Shown: piece by piece, positions 19,594 through 29,879 of the stretch | Layout: every line of letters begins with the position of its first letter | How positions within the stretch are numbered: the stretch's first letter is position 1 | Source of the DNA: Burkholderiales bacterium | GTDB taxonomy: Bacteria > Pseudomonadota > Gammaproteobacteria > Burkholderiales > Burkholderiaceae_E | Direction: 5' to 3' | Assembly (NCBI GenBank): GCA_031363055.1 | Contig: JANLTP010000064.1 | Location: forward strand, 1,311 to 65,310 | Length of the DNA stretch: 64,000 nt | Translations under genes and position numbers: made by a program | Notes under the pieces: generated by a model | What the model saw: only the letters and a program-made list of their open reading frames with translations | What the model was told of the DNA's origin: nothing | Database searches by the model: none

Positions 19594-20322
19594 ATGACCA
19601 CTTCTGCCTCCGCTTCTGCCCTGGTGCTTTTCTCCGGCGGGCAAGATTCAACCACCTGCCTGGCCTGGGCTCTGTCTCGTTACGAGGGGGTCGAGACGGT
19701 GGGCTTTGACTATGGCCAGCGCCATCGGGTTGAACTTCAGGCCCGACAGGTGGTCCTTGCCAAATTTCGCGAGGCGTTTCCGCAATGGGCCCTGCGTTTG
19801 CAGGCCGACCATCTGATCGACCTGAAGGCGCTGGGCGAAATCAGTGACACGGCGCTGACGCGGGACAGCGCAATCCGGATCAATGAGCAGGGTCTGCCGA
19901 ATACTTTTGTGCCGGGCCGCAATCTGTTGTTCCTGACCCTGGCCAGCGCCCTTGCTTATCGGCGTGATCTGAAGAGCATTATTGGCGGTATGTGTGAGAC
20001 CGATTTTTCCGGTTATCCGGACTGTCGCGACGACACGATCAAGGCCCTGCAAGTCGCGGTCTCACTGGGCATGGGGCAACACTTCGTGTTCGAGACGCCG
20101 CTCATGTGGCTCGCCAAGGCCGAGACCTGGGCACTGGCCGAATCGCTGGGTGGCCAGGCACTCGTCGATATGGTGATTCAGGACACCCACACCTGTTATC
20201 TGGGCGAACGTGGCAACTTGCACGCTTGGGGACATGGTTGTGGGAACTGTCCGGCCTGCGCCTTGCGCAAGGCCGGATTCGAGCAATGGATAGCCGATAA
20301 AGACCGGGTGACCCTTGAATAA
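19594..20322 (+). CDS. queC: 7-cyano-7-deazaguanine synthase
   Basis: 242 aa with the PP-loop [14 protein letters not shown] and the C-terminal Zn-cysteine cluster CYLGERG...HGCGNCPAC. Confidence 0.92.
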   Translation: MTTSASASALVLFSGGQDSTTCLAWALSRYEGVETVGFDYGQRHRVELQARQVVLAKFREAFPQWALRLQADHLIDLKALGEISDTALTRDSAIRINEQGLPNTFVPGRNLLFLTLASALAYRRDLKSIIGGMCETDFSGYPDCRDDTIKALQVAVSLGMGQHFVFETPLMWLAKAETWALAESLGGQALVDMVIQDTHTCYLGERGNLHAWGHGCGNCPACALRKAGFEQWIADKDRVTLE

Positions 20323-21022
20323 AGCGAACGGGCGGCCCTTGAATAAAGCGAGCGCAGGATCATCGAAATATTTTGACCTGATTGGCATGGCGTTCATTGC
20401 CGTCATGCTGATATCAACGGTCGCCGCGCAAAAGCTGTTTGTGATCGGTCCATTGGTGTTACCGGCGGGCATCCTGCTGTTTCCGCTCGCCTACATCTTC
20501 GGCGATGTCTTGACCGAGGTCTACGGCTACGCGCGTTCGCGTCGAATCGTCTGGATGGGCTTTGCCATGAGCCTCTTGATGGCACTGGTCTTCGCGCTGG
20601 CGGTCGTCCTGCCGCCAGCACCAGGATGGCCCTTGCAGGAATCATTTGCTGCCGTGCTCGGCATGGTGCCGAGGGTCGTGTTCGCTTCGCTGATTGCCTA
20701 TCTGTGCGGCGAATTCATCAACGCTTATGTGCTGGCCAAACTGAAAGTGCGCACCTCGGGTCGGCACCTGTGGTTACGTACGATCAGCTCGACCTTGATC
20801 GGTGAAGGGGTTGATACGACGATCTTCATGACCTTGGCCTTTGCCGGGGTGCTGCCGACCCCGGTCTTGCTATCGGCCATGGTTTCGGCGTATATCGTCA
20901 AGGTCGGCTATGAAATTGCAGCGACGCCGCTGACCTATGCGCTGGTGAATGCTTTGAAGCGCGCTGAGGGCGTGGACCATTATGATGTTGGAACCAATTT
21001 CAATCCGTTTCGTTTTGACTGA
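20315..21022 (+). CDS. yhhQ: Queuosine-precursor transporter (YhhQ/VUT family, DUF165)
   Basis: 235 aa and polytopic, with [18 protein letters not shown], typical of YhhQ. TTG start; a second in-frame TTG at 20339 lies inside a 24-nt duplication. Confidence 0.8.
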   Translation: MNKANGRPLNKASAGSSKYFDLIGMAFIAVMLISTVAAQKLFVIGPLVLPAGILLFPLAYIFGDVLTEVYGYARSRRIVWMGFAMSLLMALVFALAVVLPPAPGWPLQESFAAVLGMVPRVVFASLIAYLCGEFINAYVLAKLKVRTSGRHLWLRTISSTLIGEGVDTTIFMTLAFAGVLPTPVLLSAMVSAYIVKVGYEIAATPLTYALVNALKRAEGVDHYDVGTNFNPFRFD

Positions 21023-21028
21023 GGCATC

Positions 21029-22687
21029 ATGAAACAGCTCTCTGGACTCGATGCAAGCTTCCTGTATCTGGAAACTGCCGAAATGCCCATGCATATCGGT
21101 GCGCTCTATCTGCTCGAATTGCCGGTGGGCTACAAAGGTAAATACGTGCGCGATCTGCGCAAACATCTGCAGGCCCGAATGCCATTGGCGCCGGTGCTGC
21201 AAAAGCGGCTCTGGATGATGCCGTTCAACCTCGCCAACCCGGCCTGGGTGGATGCCGAGGTCAACATTGAAAAGCATGTCATCGAGCACCGCTTGCCCAA
21301 GAACAGCACCATCGCGGCGCTGCAAGCAATAGTCGGTGAGCTGCACACGAACCTGCTGGATCGCAAGTTGCCGCTGTGGCGATTTTTTGTCTTCGAGGGA
21401 CTGGCACCGGCCAGCAACGGTGCCAAACGCGTTGGTGTTTATTCGCAATTGCACCATGCCGCCGCTGATGGGCAGGCGGCGGTAGCGATTGCCAATGCCA
21501 TCCTCGACGTTGCGCCCGGGCCACGCACAATTGACGCGAAGGGTGTTGCGCGAACCAAGACCTTCAAGATCGGCATGATCGAGATGTTGCGCGGCGCATT
21601 GGCCAGCGAGGTCGATCAGATCACCAAGATCGTCAAGGCCTTGCCAGCCGGCGCCGGTGCGGTCAGAAACGTTGCCAGCCAGACCTTGGCGCAGACGGCG
21701 CTGCTCGGCGGCAAAAAATCCGCGGTCAGTAATTTGAGTTTGGCGCCGCGCACGGTATTGAACACCTCGGTGACCAATGGCCGTGCGTTTGCCGGCATCG
21801 ATTTACCCTTGCACGAACTCAAGAGCCTGGGTCGCGCGCACTCGGCGAGCATCAATGACATGGTGTTGATGGTGTGCAGCACCGCCTTGCGCCGCTACTT
21901 CGGCAAACGCCGCACCTTGCCGCGCAAGTCGTTGGTGGCCGCCGTGCCGATCAGCTTGCGCGAGAAGGGCGATCTGCGCAGTGACAATCAAGCCTCGATG
22001 AGTCTGATCAGCCTGGGCACGCACTTGGCTGATCCCGCCGAGCGCTTCGAGCATATCCGCCAGGCCACGCGCGCCATGAAGACGACGATGGGCGGCCTGA
22101 AGAAAGTCTTGCCGACTGACTTCCCCTCGATTGGTGTGCCCTGGCTGATGGAAGCGGCCGCCTCGCTGTACGGCCGCGCCAAGGTCGCCGATCGAATCCC
22201 CCTGGTCGCCAATCTGGTCATCTCCAACGTGCCCGGACCACCGGTCTCCTTGTATCTGGCAGGTGCCAAACTGACCAGCATTTTTCCGACCTCGATCATC
22301 GTTCATGGCATGGGTCTGAACATCACCGTGCAAAGCTATGATCAGTCGCTGGGCTTTGGTTTGATGGCCGATGCGCAGGCCATGCCCGACGTCCAGGAGC
22401 TGGCCGACTCGATTGCGATTGCCTTCGACGATATTCGGGCCCTGCCACTGCCTGCAGGCGACGAGCCAGCAGCCACTGTCAGCACTCAGATGGTTCGGGC
22501 CGCCAAGCGAGCCGGGCAACGCTTGACCGGTGCTGTCGGTTCTGCTGCTGGTGAGCTCGGTTCGGCGGTGGTTAAATCAGCGGGAGCGTCGGTGAAGCGC
22601 GCGGTGAAAAGTGCGATGACGGGCGCAATGACGGGCGCAGCAAAACAAGCGGTGCTCGCCGCCGGCAAACGCCCAAGACGCAAATAA
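21029..22687 (+). CDS. Wax ester synthase/diacylglycerol acyltransferase (WS/DGAT)
   Basis: 552 aa with the N-terminus MKQLSGLDASFLYLET and the catalytic HHAAADG (HHxxxDG) motif. There is an extra Lys/Ala-rich C-terminal tail. Confidence 0.9.
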   Translation: MKQLSGLDASFLYLETAEMPMHIGALYLLELPVGYKGKYVRDLRKHLQARMPLAPVLQKRLWMMPFNLANPAWVDAEVNIEKHVIEHRLPKNSTIAALQAIVGELHTNLLDRKLPLWRFFVFEGLAPASNGAKRVGVYSQLHHAAADGQAAVAIANAILDVAPGPRTIDAKGVARTKTFKIGMIEMLRGALASEVDQITKIVKALPAGAGAVRNVASQTLAQTALLGGKKSAVSNLSLAPRTVLNTSVTNGRAFAGIDLPLHELKSLGRAHSASINDMVLMVCSTALRRYFGKRRTLPRKSLVAAVPISLREKGDLRSDNQASMSLISLGTHLADPAERFEHIRQATRAMKTTMGGLKKVLPTDFPSIGVPWLMEAAASLYGRAKVADRIPLVANLVISNVPGPPVSLYLAGAKLTSIFPTSIIVHGMGLNITVQSYDQSLGFGLMADAQAMPDVQELADSIAIAFDDIRALPLPAGDEPAATVSTQMVRAAKRAGQRLTGAVGSAAGELGSAVVKSAGASVKRAVKSAMTGAMTGAAKQAVLAAGKRPRRK

Positions 22688-22765
22688 CAAGGTCAAAGTA
22701 TCAGTTCGACGCGCAACTAAATCCTACACACCAAGACCTGTCAATACATACCAAGGTTATCGTTC

Positions 22766-23179
22766 ATGCATCCCTTTCACCTTGCTTTTCCGGTCCACAG
22801 TTTGCCATCGGCGCGCGCGTTTTATGGCGACCTGCTGGGTTGCCCCGAGGGGCGCAGCAGCGACGAATGGATTGACTTCAATTTGTACGGCCATCAGGTG
22901 GTGGCCCATCTTGCACCTGAAGAAGCCGGGCGCGCCGCGACCAACGCGGTCGATGGCGATAACGTGCCGGTACGCCATTTCGGTGTGGTGCTTTCAATGA
23001 CCGAGTGGCAGCGGCTCGCGGACCGCCTGACGCAAGCCAATACCGACTTCATCATCAAGCCGCATATCCGTTTTCAGGGCCAGGTCGGCGAACAGGCCAC
23101 CATGTTCTTTCTCGACCCGTCTGGCAACGCACTCGAGTTCAAGGCCTTCAAGGACATGAACTCGCTGTTCGCGAAGTAA
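22766..23179 (+). CDS. VOC (glyoxalase/bleomycin-resistance/dioxygenase) family protein
   Basis: 137 aa starting [24 protein letters not shown], with a C-terminal [12 protein letters not shown], typical of the VOC fold. Confidence 0.75.
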   Translation: MHPFHLAFPVHSLPSARAFYGDLLGCPEGRSSDEWIDFNLYGHQVVAHLAPEEAGRAATNAVDGDNVPVRHFGVVLSMTEWQRLADRLTQANTDFIIKPHIRFQGQVGEQATMFFLDPSGNALEFKAFKDMNSLFAK

Positions 23180-23245
23180 CTGCTACCGCCGCAACGAAGC
23201 TCGACCGCCGCGAAGCAAGCCGCGCTGGCTGCGAAATATTTCCGA

Positions 23246-23920
23246 TCAACTTGCCGCCAGATGCTTGCCAAAAAATTCGAGTGAGCGTGTCTTCGCCAGC
23301 GCCGAGGCCTCGGCGTTGTAGGAGCCGCGCTGATCACAGTTAAAACCGTGGCCGGCGTCGTAGAAATGCGCGAGGGTGCTCGGGTGGGCGGCAACCACCT
23401 GCCGAGCCTGTTCAGGTGTCGGACTCTTGTCCTGCTCGCCGAACTGAAACATGACCGGGCATTTCGGTTTCTCGCCGATGTAGCCGAAGATACCGCCGCC
23501 GTAGTACGGTACCGAGCAAGCCAGGGAGTTGACTCTCGCCGCCGCTACCCAGGCGATTGTGCCGCCCCAGCAATAGCCGACCATGCCGACACGCCCGGCT
23601 GGGCGCGCGTGTTCGAGGCAGGCCTCGACGTCTTTGAGGGTGTTGTCGATGTCCAATGATTGCATGATGGTCCTGCCGGCCTCGATGTCTTGCGGCGAGT
23701 AGCCGGTTTCATAGCCGCGTTGGGCGCGATCGTACAGCGCCGGTGCAATCGCCAGATAGCCGGCCGCCGCATAACCGTCGGTGACCGCCCGGATATGACC
23801 GTTGACGCCAAAGATCTCCTGGATCACCAGGATCGCGCCCTTCGGCCGATGGGCGGGTTCCGCTTTGTAGGCCGCGAATTTATGTCCGTCGCGGGCGGTG
23901 AGTTCAATATGGCTGGCCAT
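23246..23920 (-). CDS. Dienelactone hydrolase family protein
   Basis: I chose the ATG at 23920, which has an AGGAAA SD. The VGYCWGG nucleophile motif and HGF near the C-terminus are present. Confidence 0.85.
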   Translation of the reverse strand: MASHIELTARDGHKFAAYKAEPAHRPKGAILVIQEIFGVNGHIRAVTDGYAAAGYLAIAPALYDRAQRGYETGYSPQDIEAGRTIMQSLDIDNTLKDVEACLEHARPAGRVGMVGYCWGGTIAWVAAARVNSLACSVPYYGGGIFGYIGEKPKCPVMFQFGEQDKSPTPEQARQVVAAHPSTLAHFYDAGHGFNCDQRGSYNAEASALAKTRSLEFFGKHLAAS

Positions 23921-23934
23921 GGATTTTCCTTTGG

Positions 23935-24870
23935 TTATTGATAATGCAGCCGGTGTCCGGCGACTGGCCACTGGTCAATCGCGATCAGACAGCCCTTGGC
24001 TGAAAACGTCACGAACAAGGTGCGCAGCCCCTTGCCTCCGAAACACAGGTTGGTCACCATGAGATCGGGCAACGGTACGAACTGAACGTCACGACCATCG
24101 GGCGAGAAGGTCGTGATACCACCGTTCATCAAGGTGGCCACCAGGATATTGCCATCGGCATCGACGGCCATCGAATCAAAACGTTGAAAGCCGGTCCTGG
24201 CCTGCCCGAGAAAGCGCCCGCCATGCGGCGATGGGAACGGCAGCTTGGTGACTTCGCCGGCTGCCTGAATTTCAAACCCCCACAACCGGGCGCCCTCGGT
24301 CTCGGCGAAGTACACCGTCTTGCCATCGGGCGACAGACCGACGCCATTGGGTGTTAACACCGGTTGCGCGACTTCGCGAATCAGTGAACCGTCGGCGCGC
24401 GCGTAATACAGTCCGCCGCGATCCATCTCGCGCGGCCGAGTCTTGCCGAGATCGGTAAACCAGAAGCCGCCGTTAGCGTCGAATACCAGATCGTTCGGGC
24501 CACGTAATCCGCGCTCGCCCTGGCGGGTTTGCACTTTATCGTAGACGCGTTCACTGCGGCCGGTGTTCAAGTTGATGCGCTCGATTCGGCCGCCCGAATA
24601 GTCGTCGGCCTGGCCGATCGGAAAGGTCAGGCCTTCGGTGGTGCGATTCCAATTGAAGCCGCCGTTATTGCAGACATAGACCGCGCCGTCCGGTCCAAAG
24701 GCGGCACCGTTCGGGCCACCGCCGGTTTCACAGACGACCTTGATCTTGCCATCGGGGCTGACTCGCGACAAGGTGCCGCGAGCAATCTCGACCAGCAACA
24801 CCGAGCCGTCGTCGAGGGCAATCGGGGCCTCGGGGAACTGCAGGCCGCTGGCAATTTCACGTATTTTCAT
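23935..24870 (-). CDS. SMP-30/gluconolactonase/LRE-family protein
   Basis: 311 aa with beta-propeller-like repeats, FPEAPI near the N-terminus, NDLVFD and FWFTD motifs. Confidence 0.8.
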   Translation of the reverse strand: MKIREIASGLQFPEAPIALDDGSVLLVEIARGTLSRVSPDGKIKVVCETGGGPNGAAFGPDGAVYVCNNGGFNWNRTTEGLTFPIGQADDYSGGRIERINLNTGRSERVYDKVQTRQGERGLRGPNDLVFDANGGFWFTDLGKTRPREMDRGGLYYARADGSLIREVAQPVLTPNGVGLSPDGKTVYFAETEGARLWGFEIQAAGEVTKLPFPSPHGGRFLGQARTGFQRFDSMAVDADGNILVATLMNGGITTFSPDGRDVQFVPLPDLMVTNLCFGGKGLRTLFVTFSAKGCLIAIDQWPVAGHRLHYQ

Positions 24871-24954
24871 GGGGGATACTTTTGAGTTGGCTAACTTGGG
24901 CGACTTACCCGCTTACGTCAGGTCGATTAACTTGAGTCCATGACCTTGATTCGA

Positions 24955-25572
24955 TCAACCCGGCACCGCCATACCGCGCTGCACCGCCTCGCGCGAACCA
25001 ATCTTGTCGAACCAGCGCTTCACATGGGCAAACTCATTCAAGTCAACCTTGTGCCACTCGTGACGCGCCACCCACGGGTAGGTGGCGATATCGGCGATGG
25101 AGTAAACGCCGGCCAGATAATGCACCTTGCCTAACCGTTCGTTCAAGACGCCATAGAGGCGCTTCGTTTCCTTGTGATAGCGCTCGATGCCGTAGGGCAC
25201 TTCGACGGGTGCTGCGCGCATGAAGTGATGGGTTTGCCCGAACATCGGACCGACGCCGCCCATCTGGAACATCAGCCACTGCAAGGCCAGGTACTTGGCT
25301 CGATCACTGTCGGGCAGAAATTGGCCGGTCTTGGCGGCCAGGTAAATCAGAATGGCGCCGGATTCAAACAGACTGATCGGCGCGTCATCAGGGCCGTCCG
25401 GATCCATGATCGCCGGAATCTTGCCATTCGGGCTGTGCGCGAGAAATTCCGGCGCGAACTGCTCGTTCTGACCGATGTTGATTTTGTGGACGGCATACGG
25501 CAAGCCACATTCTTCCAGCATGATGGAAACCTTGCGGCCGTTCGGGGTACCCCAGGTGTACAGTTCAATCAA
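24955..25572 (-). CDS. Glutathione S-transferase (YfcG/Nu-class-like)
   Basis: I chose the TTG start at 25572, which has a GGAGG SD 5 nt upstream. (M)IELYTWGTPNGRKVSIMLEE parallels the YfcG-type N-terminus. Confidence 0.8.
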   Translation of the reverse strand: MIELYTWGTPNGRKVSIMLEECGLPYAVHKINIGQNEQFAPEFLAHSPNGKIPAIMDPDGPDDAPISLFESGAILIYLAAKTGQFLPDSDRAKYLALQWLMFQMGGVGPMFGQTHHFMRAAPVEVPYGIERYHKETKRLYGVLNERLGKVHYLAGVYSIADIATYPWVARHEWHKVDLNEFAHVKRWFDKIGSREAVQRGMAVPG

Positions 25573-25781
25573 TGTCGCCTCCGGTGATGATCGCGTCAAA
25601 GCATACAACGATTGCCTGAATTCAACGGCCCGATTCAACCGGCCGCGACCGGTTGTTCGAAACGCCGATCGCAATTGTGATCAAGTGATGCGCTGATTTC
25701 GTGCTACGGTTGAGCAGTCGTGTTGAACTGAAGTGTTCAGCAGTAATCGCACCGATCATGTCAAATCAAGCGGAGGGATGG

Positions 25782-26768
25782 ATGAGTAAACGCAGATCGT
25801 TGATGGCCGCGCTCGCGCTTGTCGTGTTTGGCGCGGTTGGTTCGGGCAGTGCCGGGGCCCAGACGTTTCCGAACCGGCCGATCAAACTGGTGGTGCCGCA
25901 CGCGCCCGGTGGCAATTCCGATGCCTTCGGCCGAATCCTGGCGCAACGACTCTCCGAGCGCCTCGGCCAGCAGGTGGTGGTCGAGAACCGCACCGGCGCC
26001 GGCGGCACGATTGGCTCGGCCTCGGTCGCACGCGCAGCACCCGATGGTTATACCCTGCTGGTGGCCGATAACGGCACGCACGCCATTGCAAAGACCTTGT
26101 ATGGCGTAAAACTGCAATACGACGTCGTCAAGGACTTCACGCCGATAACGCTGGCTGCGCTTTTTCCGACGGTACTCCTCGTGCATCCGTCGGTGCCTGC
26201 GCGGACCATCGGCGAGTTCGTTGCCTTGGCCAAAAGCCAGCCCGGCAAGCTGACTTTCTCCTCGGCCGGCACCGGCAACGGATCCCATCTGGCGCTCGAA
26301 ATGTTCACTCACTCGGCCGGTCCCCTGCAGATGATTCATGTGCCGTACAAGGGCGGATCGCCGGCGGTGCAAGCCTTGATCGCCGGTGAAGTGCAAATGA
26401 CTGCGGTCAGCGTGAATACGTCGCTGCCGCACATCAATTCCGGTCGTGCCCGTGCGTTGGCTCTATCTGGCACAAGACGCTCGCCGGCATTGCCCGATTT
26501 GCCGACCTTGAGCGAGAGCGGTATTGCCAAAGCTGAGGTCGATAACTGGTTAGCGGTCGTCGGCCCTGCCGGCATGCCCGCTGAGGTGGTTGCCCGCCTG
26601 AATTCAGAAATTGCTGCCGCCTTGAATACGCCGGAAACCCGGCAGCGCCTCGCCGGTTTGGGTCTTGATGTTCTGGCCAGCAGCCCGACGCAATACACTA
26701 AAGTGCTCGAGGCCGACATCGTCACCTGGGGTGAAGCTGTCAAACGATCGGGCGCCACGTCAGATTAG
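25782..26768 (+). CDS. Bug/TctC-family substrate-binding protein
   Basis: I chose the ATG at 25782, which has a GGAGGG SD. A signal peptide is present, followed by FPNRPIKLVVPHAPGGNSD...VVVENRTGAGGTIG...APDGYTLL. Confidence 0.9.
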   Translation: MSKRRSLMAALALVVFGAVGSGSAGAQTFPNRPIKLVVPHAPGGNSDAFGRILAQRLSERLGQQVVVENRTGAGGTIGSASVARAAPDGYTLLVADNGTHAIAKTLYGVKLQYDVVKDFTPITLAALFPTVLLVHPSVPARTIGEFVALAKSQPGKLTFSSAGTGNGSHLALEMFTHSAGPLQMIHVPYKGGSPAVQALIAGEVQMTAVSVNTSLPHINSGRARALALSGTRRSPALPDLPTLSESGIAKAEVDNWLAVVGPAGMPAEVVARLNSEIAAALNTPETRQRLAGLGLDVLASSPTQYTKVLEADIVTWGEAVKRSGATSD

Positions 26769-26803
26769 CATTCCAGCACTAGTGTTTCAAACGGAGATTG
26801 AAC

Positions 26804-27700
26804 ATGCAAACCAAAGCGAACCCGCCTAGCCCGAAGACCTTGCGCGAACTGTTGAGCGCCGGTGAGTTCATCAATGCGCCGGGCGTGTTTGAAATGTTTT
26901 CGGCGCGTATCGCCGATCGTATGAACTTCAAGGCCTTGTACATGACCGGCTATGGAGTGTCGGCCTCGCATTTGGGCTTGGCCGACGCGGGGCTGGTCAC
27001 CTACACCGACATGGTGACGCGCGCACGCACCATCGCCCAGGGCATCAGCAAGCCGCTGATTGCGGATGCGGACACCGGCTTCGGCGGCCTCATCAATATT
27101 CGTCACACAGTGCGCGGCTACGAAGCGGCCGGCGTTCAGGCCATGCAAATGGAGGATCAGGAGAATCCGAAAAAATGCGGCCACACACCGAACCGCCGCG
27201 TCGTACCGTTGCCCGACATGCTCAAGCGCATTGAAGTCGCGCTTGATTCACGTCGCAGCAATGACTTTCTGTTGATCGCCCGAACCGATGCGCGCACCGG
27301 CCTGGGTCTGGATGAGGCGATCGGCCGCGGCAAGGCCTTCGCCAAGGCGGGCGCCGATATTGTTTTTGTCGAGTCGCCGGAATCAGTCGATGAGTTCAAG
27401 CGGATTGGCGAGGAGCTGGCTGACAGTGGCGCCTGGTTGATTGCCAACATGGTGCCCTCAGGCCGCTCGCCCGAAATCAGCGCCGAACAGTTGCAGGCGC
27501 TGGGTTTTTCGCTGGCGATCTGGCCGAGCATCGGCATGGGCGCGGTCTGTGCAGCACTCGAATCGAGCTATCGATATCTGGAACAGAACGGTAGTTCGCT
27601 CGGTTGTCCGACGCCGATGTTCGACATGAATCGTTTGCATGAGCTGGTCGGGTTCGACGACGTCTGGGCGTTTGAAAAGCGTTTTGCCCAAGTGTCCTGA
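26804..27700 (+). CDS. Isocitrate lyase/PEP mutase superfamily enzyme (methylisocitrate/dimethylmalate lyase or oxaloacetate decarboxylase-like)
   Basis: About 298 aa with MTGYGVSAS, DADTGFGG, the KKCGH active-site loop and ARTDA, typical of the ICL/PEPM family. Confidence 0.85.
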   Translation: MQTKANPPSPKTLRELLSAGEFINAPGVFEMFSARIADRMNFKALYMTGYGVSASHLGLADAGLVTYTDMVTRARTIAQGISKPLIADADTGFGGLINIRHTVRGYEAAGVQAMQMEDQENPKKCGHTPNRRVVPLPDMLKRIEVALDSRRSNDFLLIARTDARTGLGLDEAIGRGKAFAKAGADIVFVESPESVDEFKRIGEELADSGAWLIANMVPSGRSPEISAEQLQALGFSLAIWPSIGMGAVCAALESSYRYLEQNGSSLGCPTPMFDMNRLHELVGFDDVWAFEKRFAQVS

Positions 27701-27718
27701 GCGGACTTTAAAAACTGC

Positions 27719-29128
27719 ATGAGTCAAAACACACTGTTCGACCGCATCTGGGATCAGCACCGGGTGGCTGAGTTATCACCCGGCATCGATCTCTTGCATG
27801 TTGATCGTCACCTGCTGCACGATCTGGGCGGTGGCGCCGCCTTGGCGGAAGTTGCGCGTCGCGGACTGCAAGTGCGCAACCCGGAGCTGACTTTTGCGAC
27901 GCCCGACCACCTGGTGGCGAGTGCCGCTTCCCGGACTTTCGAGAAGCCAGCGCTGGCACCTTGGGGCGATCGGCTGATCCAGATGCTGCGCGATGAAACC
28001 CATAAAGCCGGCATTCGCAATTTTGATTTCGATACCGCCGAGCAGGGTATTGTTCATGTGGTCGGTCCCGAGCAGGGTCTGGTGCTGCCCGGCGCAACCG
28101 TGGTCTGCGGCGACAGCCATACCTGTACGCATGGCGCGTTCGGCGCCATGGCCTGGGGTATTGGCTCGACCGAGCTCATCCATGTCCTGGCCACCCAAAC
28201 GGTGGTACAAAAGCGGCCCAAGGTCATGCGAGCGGTGTTTGACGGCGCCCTGTCGGCGCGGGTCACTGCCAAGGACATGATCCTTGCCCTGATCGGTCAG
28301 ATCGGTGCTTCCGCCGGTACCGGCTTCGCGCTCGAGTATGCGGGCCCCGCAGTGCGGGCCTTGAGCATGGAAGCACGCATGACCTTGTGCAATCTGTCGA
28401 TCGAGTTGGGCGCCAAGGTCGGCATGATCGCCCCTGACGATGAGACCTTTGCCTGGCTCAAGGACAAGCCCCACGCGCCACAAGGCGCGCAGTGGCAACA
28501 GGCTGTGGCGGCCTGGCGTGAATTGCACAGCGCTGCCGACGCGCAGTTCGATCGTGAAGTACATCTTGATTGTGATGCGCTGGCGCCGCAAATGACCTGG
28601 GGTACCAGCCCTGAACAGGTCGGTGCCATTGACGAGCGCGTGCCGGTGCTGGCCGATGCGGCCGACGCCGAGCAGCGTCAAGCCTTGACTGACGCGCTCG
28701 ACTACATGGGATTGATATCGGGTCAGTCACTGGTCGGTGTGGCGGTTGATCGGGTGTTCATTGGATCGTGTACCAACTCGCGGCTGTCCGACTTGCGAGC
28801 GGCCGCGCAACTGGTGGGCAAACATCGGGTGACGCGTGGCGTGCGTGCCTGGGTGGTTCCCGGTTCGATGCGCGTCAAGCAGGACGCCGAAGACGAAGGA
28901 CTCGACGAGGTGTTCAAAGCGGCCGGCTTTGAGTGGCGCGCGCCGGGCTGTTCGTTATGTGTTGGCGCCAATGGAGAATTTGTTGAACCCGAAGCGCGCT
29001 GTGTGTCGACCTCGAATCGCAACTTTGTAGGTCGGCAAGGGCCGAGGGCGCGCACTCATCTGGCCAGCCCGATCAGCGCGGCGGCCGCGGCGATCGCCGG
29101 CGTCATCATCGATCCGCGAAAAATCTGA
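27719..29128 (+). CDS. Aconitase-family dehydratase large subunit (LeuC-like)
   Basis: 469 aa with MSQNTLFDRIWDQH, GDSHTCTHGAFG and the Fe-S cysteines in IGSCTNSR and CSLCVG. Confidence 0.88.
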   Translation: MSQNTLFDRIWDQHRVAELSPGIDLLHVDRHLLHDLGGGAALAEVARRGLQVRNPELTFATPDHLVASAASRTFEKPALAPWGDRLIQMLRDETHKAGIRNFDFDTAEQGIVHVVGPEQGLVLPGATVVCGDSHTCTHGAFGAMAWGIGSTELIHVLATQTVVQKRPKVMRAVFDGALSARVTAKDMILALIGQIGASAGTGFALEYAGPAVRALSMEARMTLCNLSIELGAKVGMIAPDDETFAWLKDKPHAPQGAQWQQAVAAWRELHSAADAQFDREVHLDCDALAPQMTWGTSPEQVGAIDERVPVLADAADAEQRQALTDALDYMGLISGQSLVGVAVDRVFIGSCTNSRLSDLRAAAQLVGKHRVTRGVRAWVVPGSMRVKQDAEDEGLDEVFKAAGFEWRAPGCSLCVGANGEFVEPEARCVSTSNRNFVGRQGPRARTHLASPISAAAAAIAGVIIDPRKI

Positions 29129-29197
29129 TCGCGCAGACCTGTATTGAACTCACAGACAACGTTTAGCCTCGCAGAAAAATTCTGACATCACTCATCC

Positions 29198-29833
29198 ATG
29201 CATGCATTCACCACCTTGACTGCCACTGCGGCGCCGATCTTGCGAGCCAATGTCGATACCGACCTCATCGTTCGCATCGAGCGCTGTACCCGCGTTCCGA
29301 AGGACGAACTGGGCCAGTGGGCGTTCGAGATGATTCGCTTCGATGCACAGGGACTTGAACGCGAAGATTTTGTGCTGAATCAAAGTGCCTTTCGCGGTGC
29401 GAAGATCCTTGTCTGTGGCCCGAACTTTGGCTGCGGCAGCTCGCGTGAAATGGCGGTCTGGGCACTGGCCGGCCTGGGTGTTCGTTGTGTCATTGCCCCA
29501 TCCTTCGGCGACATTTTTTTCTCGAACTGTTTTCAAAATGGCCTGTTGCCGATTGTGCTGCCAGTGGATCAGGTGGAGTCGCTGCAGGCCAGCCTGACCG
29601 CGACTGCAACTGCTGCCGCGACCGACGGCGGGCAGCCGCAGTTGAGCATTGATCTGCATCGTCAGGAGGTCCGTAGCCCGGGGGGTGCATGTTTGAGTTT
29701 TTCAGTTGAACCGATGCGGCGCGATGCGCTCCTCAAGGGGCTTGATGAAATCGGCCAGACCTTGCAACGCGGCGCAGCAATCGATGCGTTTCAAAAGCGC
29801 GATCGTATCGCGAGATCCTGGATTTATCTTTGA
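29198..29833 (+). CDS. Aconitase-family dehydratase small subunit (LeuD-like)
   Basis: 211 aa with NFGCGSSREMAVWAL and FGDIFFSNCFQNGLLP motifs, typical of LeuD. Confidence 0.88.
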   Translation: MHAFTTLTATAAPILRANVDTDLIVRIERCTRVPKDELGQWAFEMIRFDAQGLEREDFVLNQSAFRGAKILVCGPNFGCGSSREMAVWALAGLGVRCVIAPSFGDIFFSNCFQNGLLPIVLPVDQVESLQASLTATATAAATDGGQPQLSIDLHRQEVRSPGGACLSFSVEPMRRDALLKGLDEIGQTLQRGAAIDAFQKRDRIARSWIYL

Positions 29834-29879
29834 GTCACCGCGATGCATAAACGACCCAACCTGTGAAATACCGAACCCC

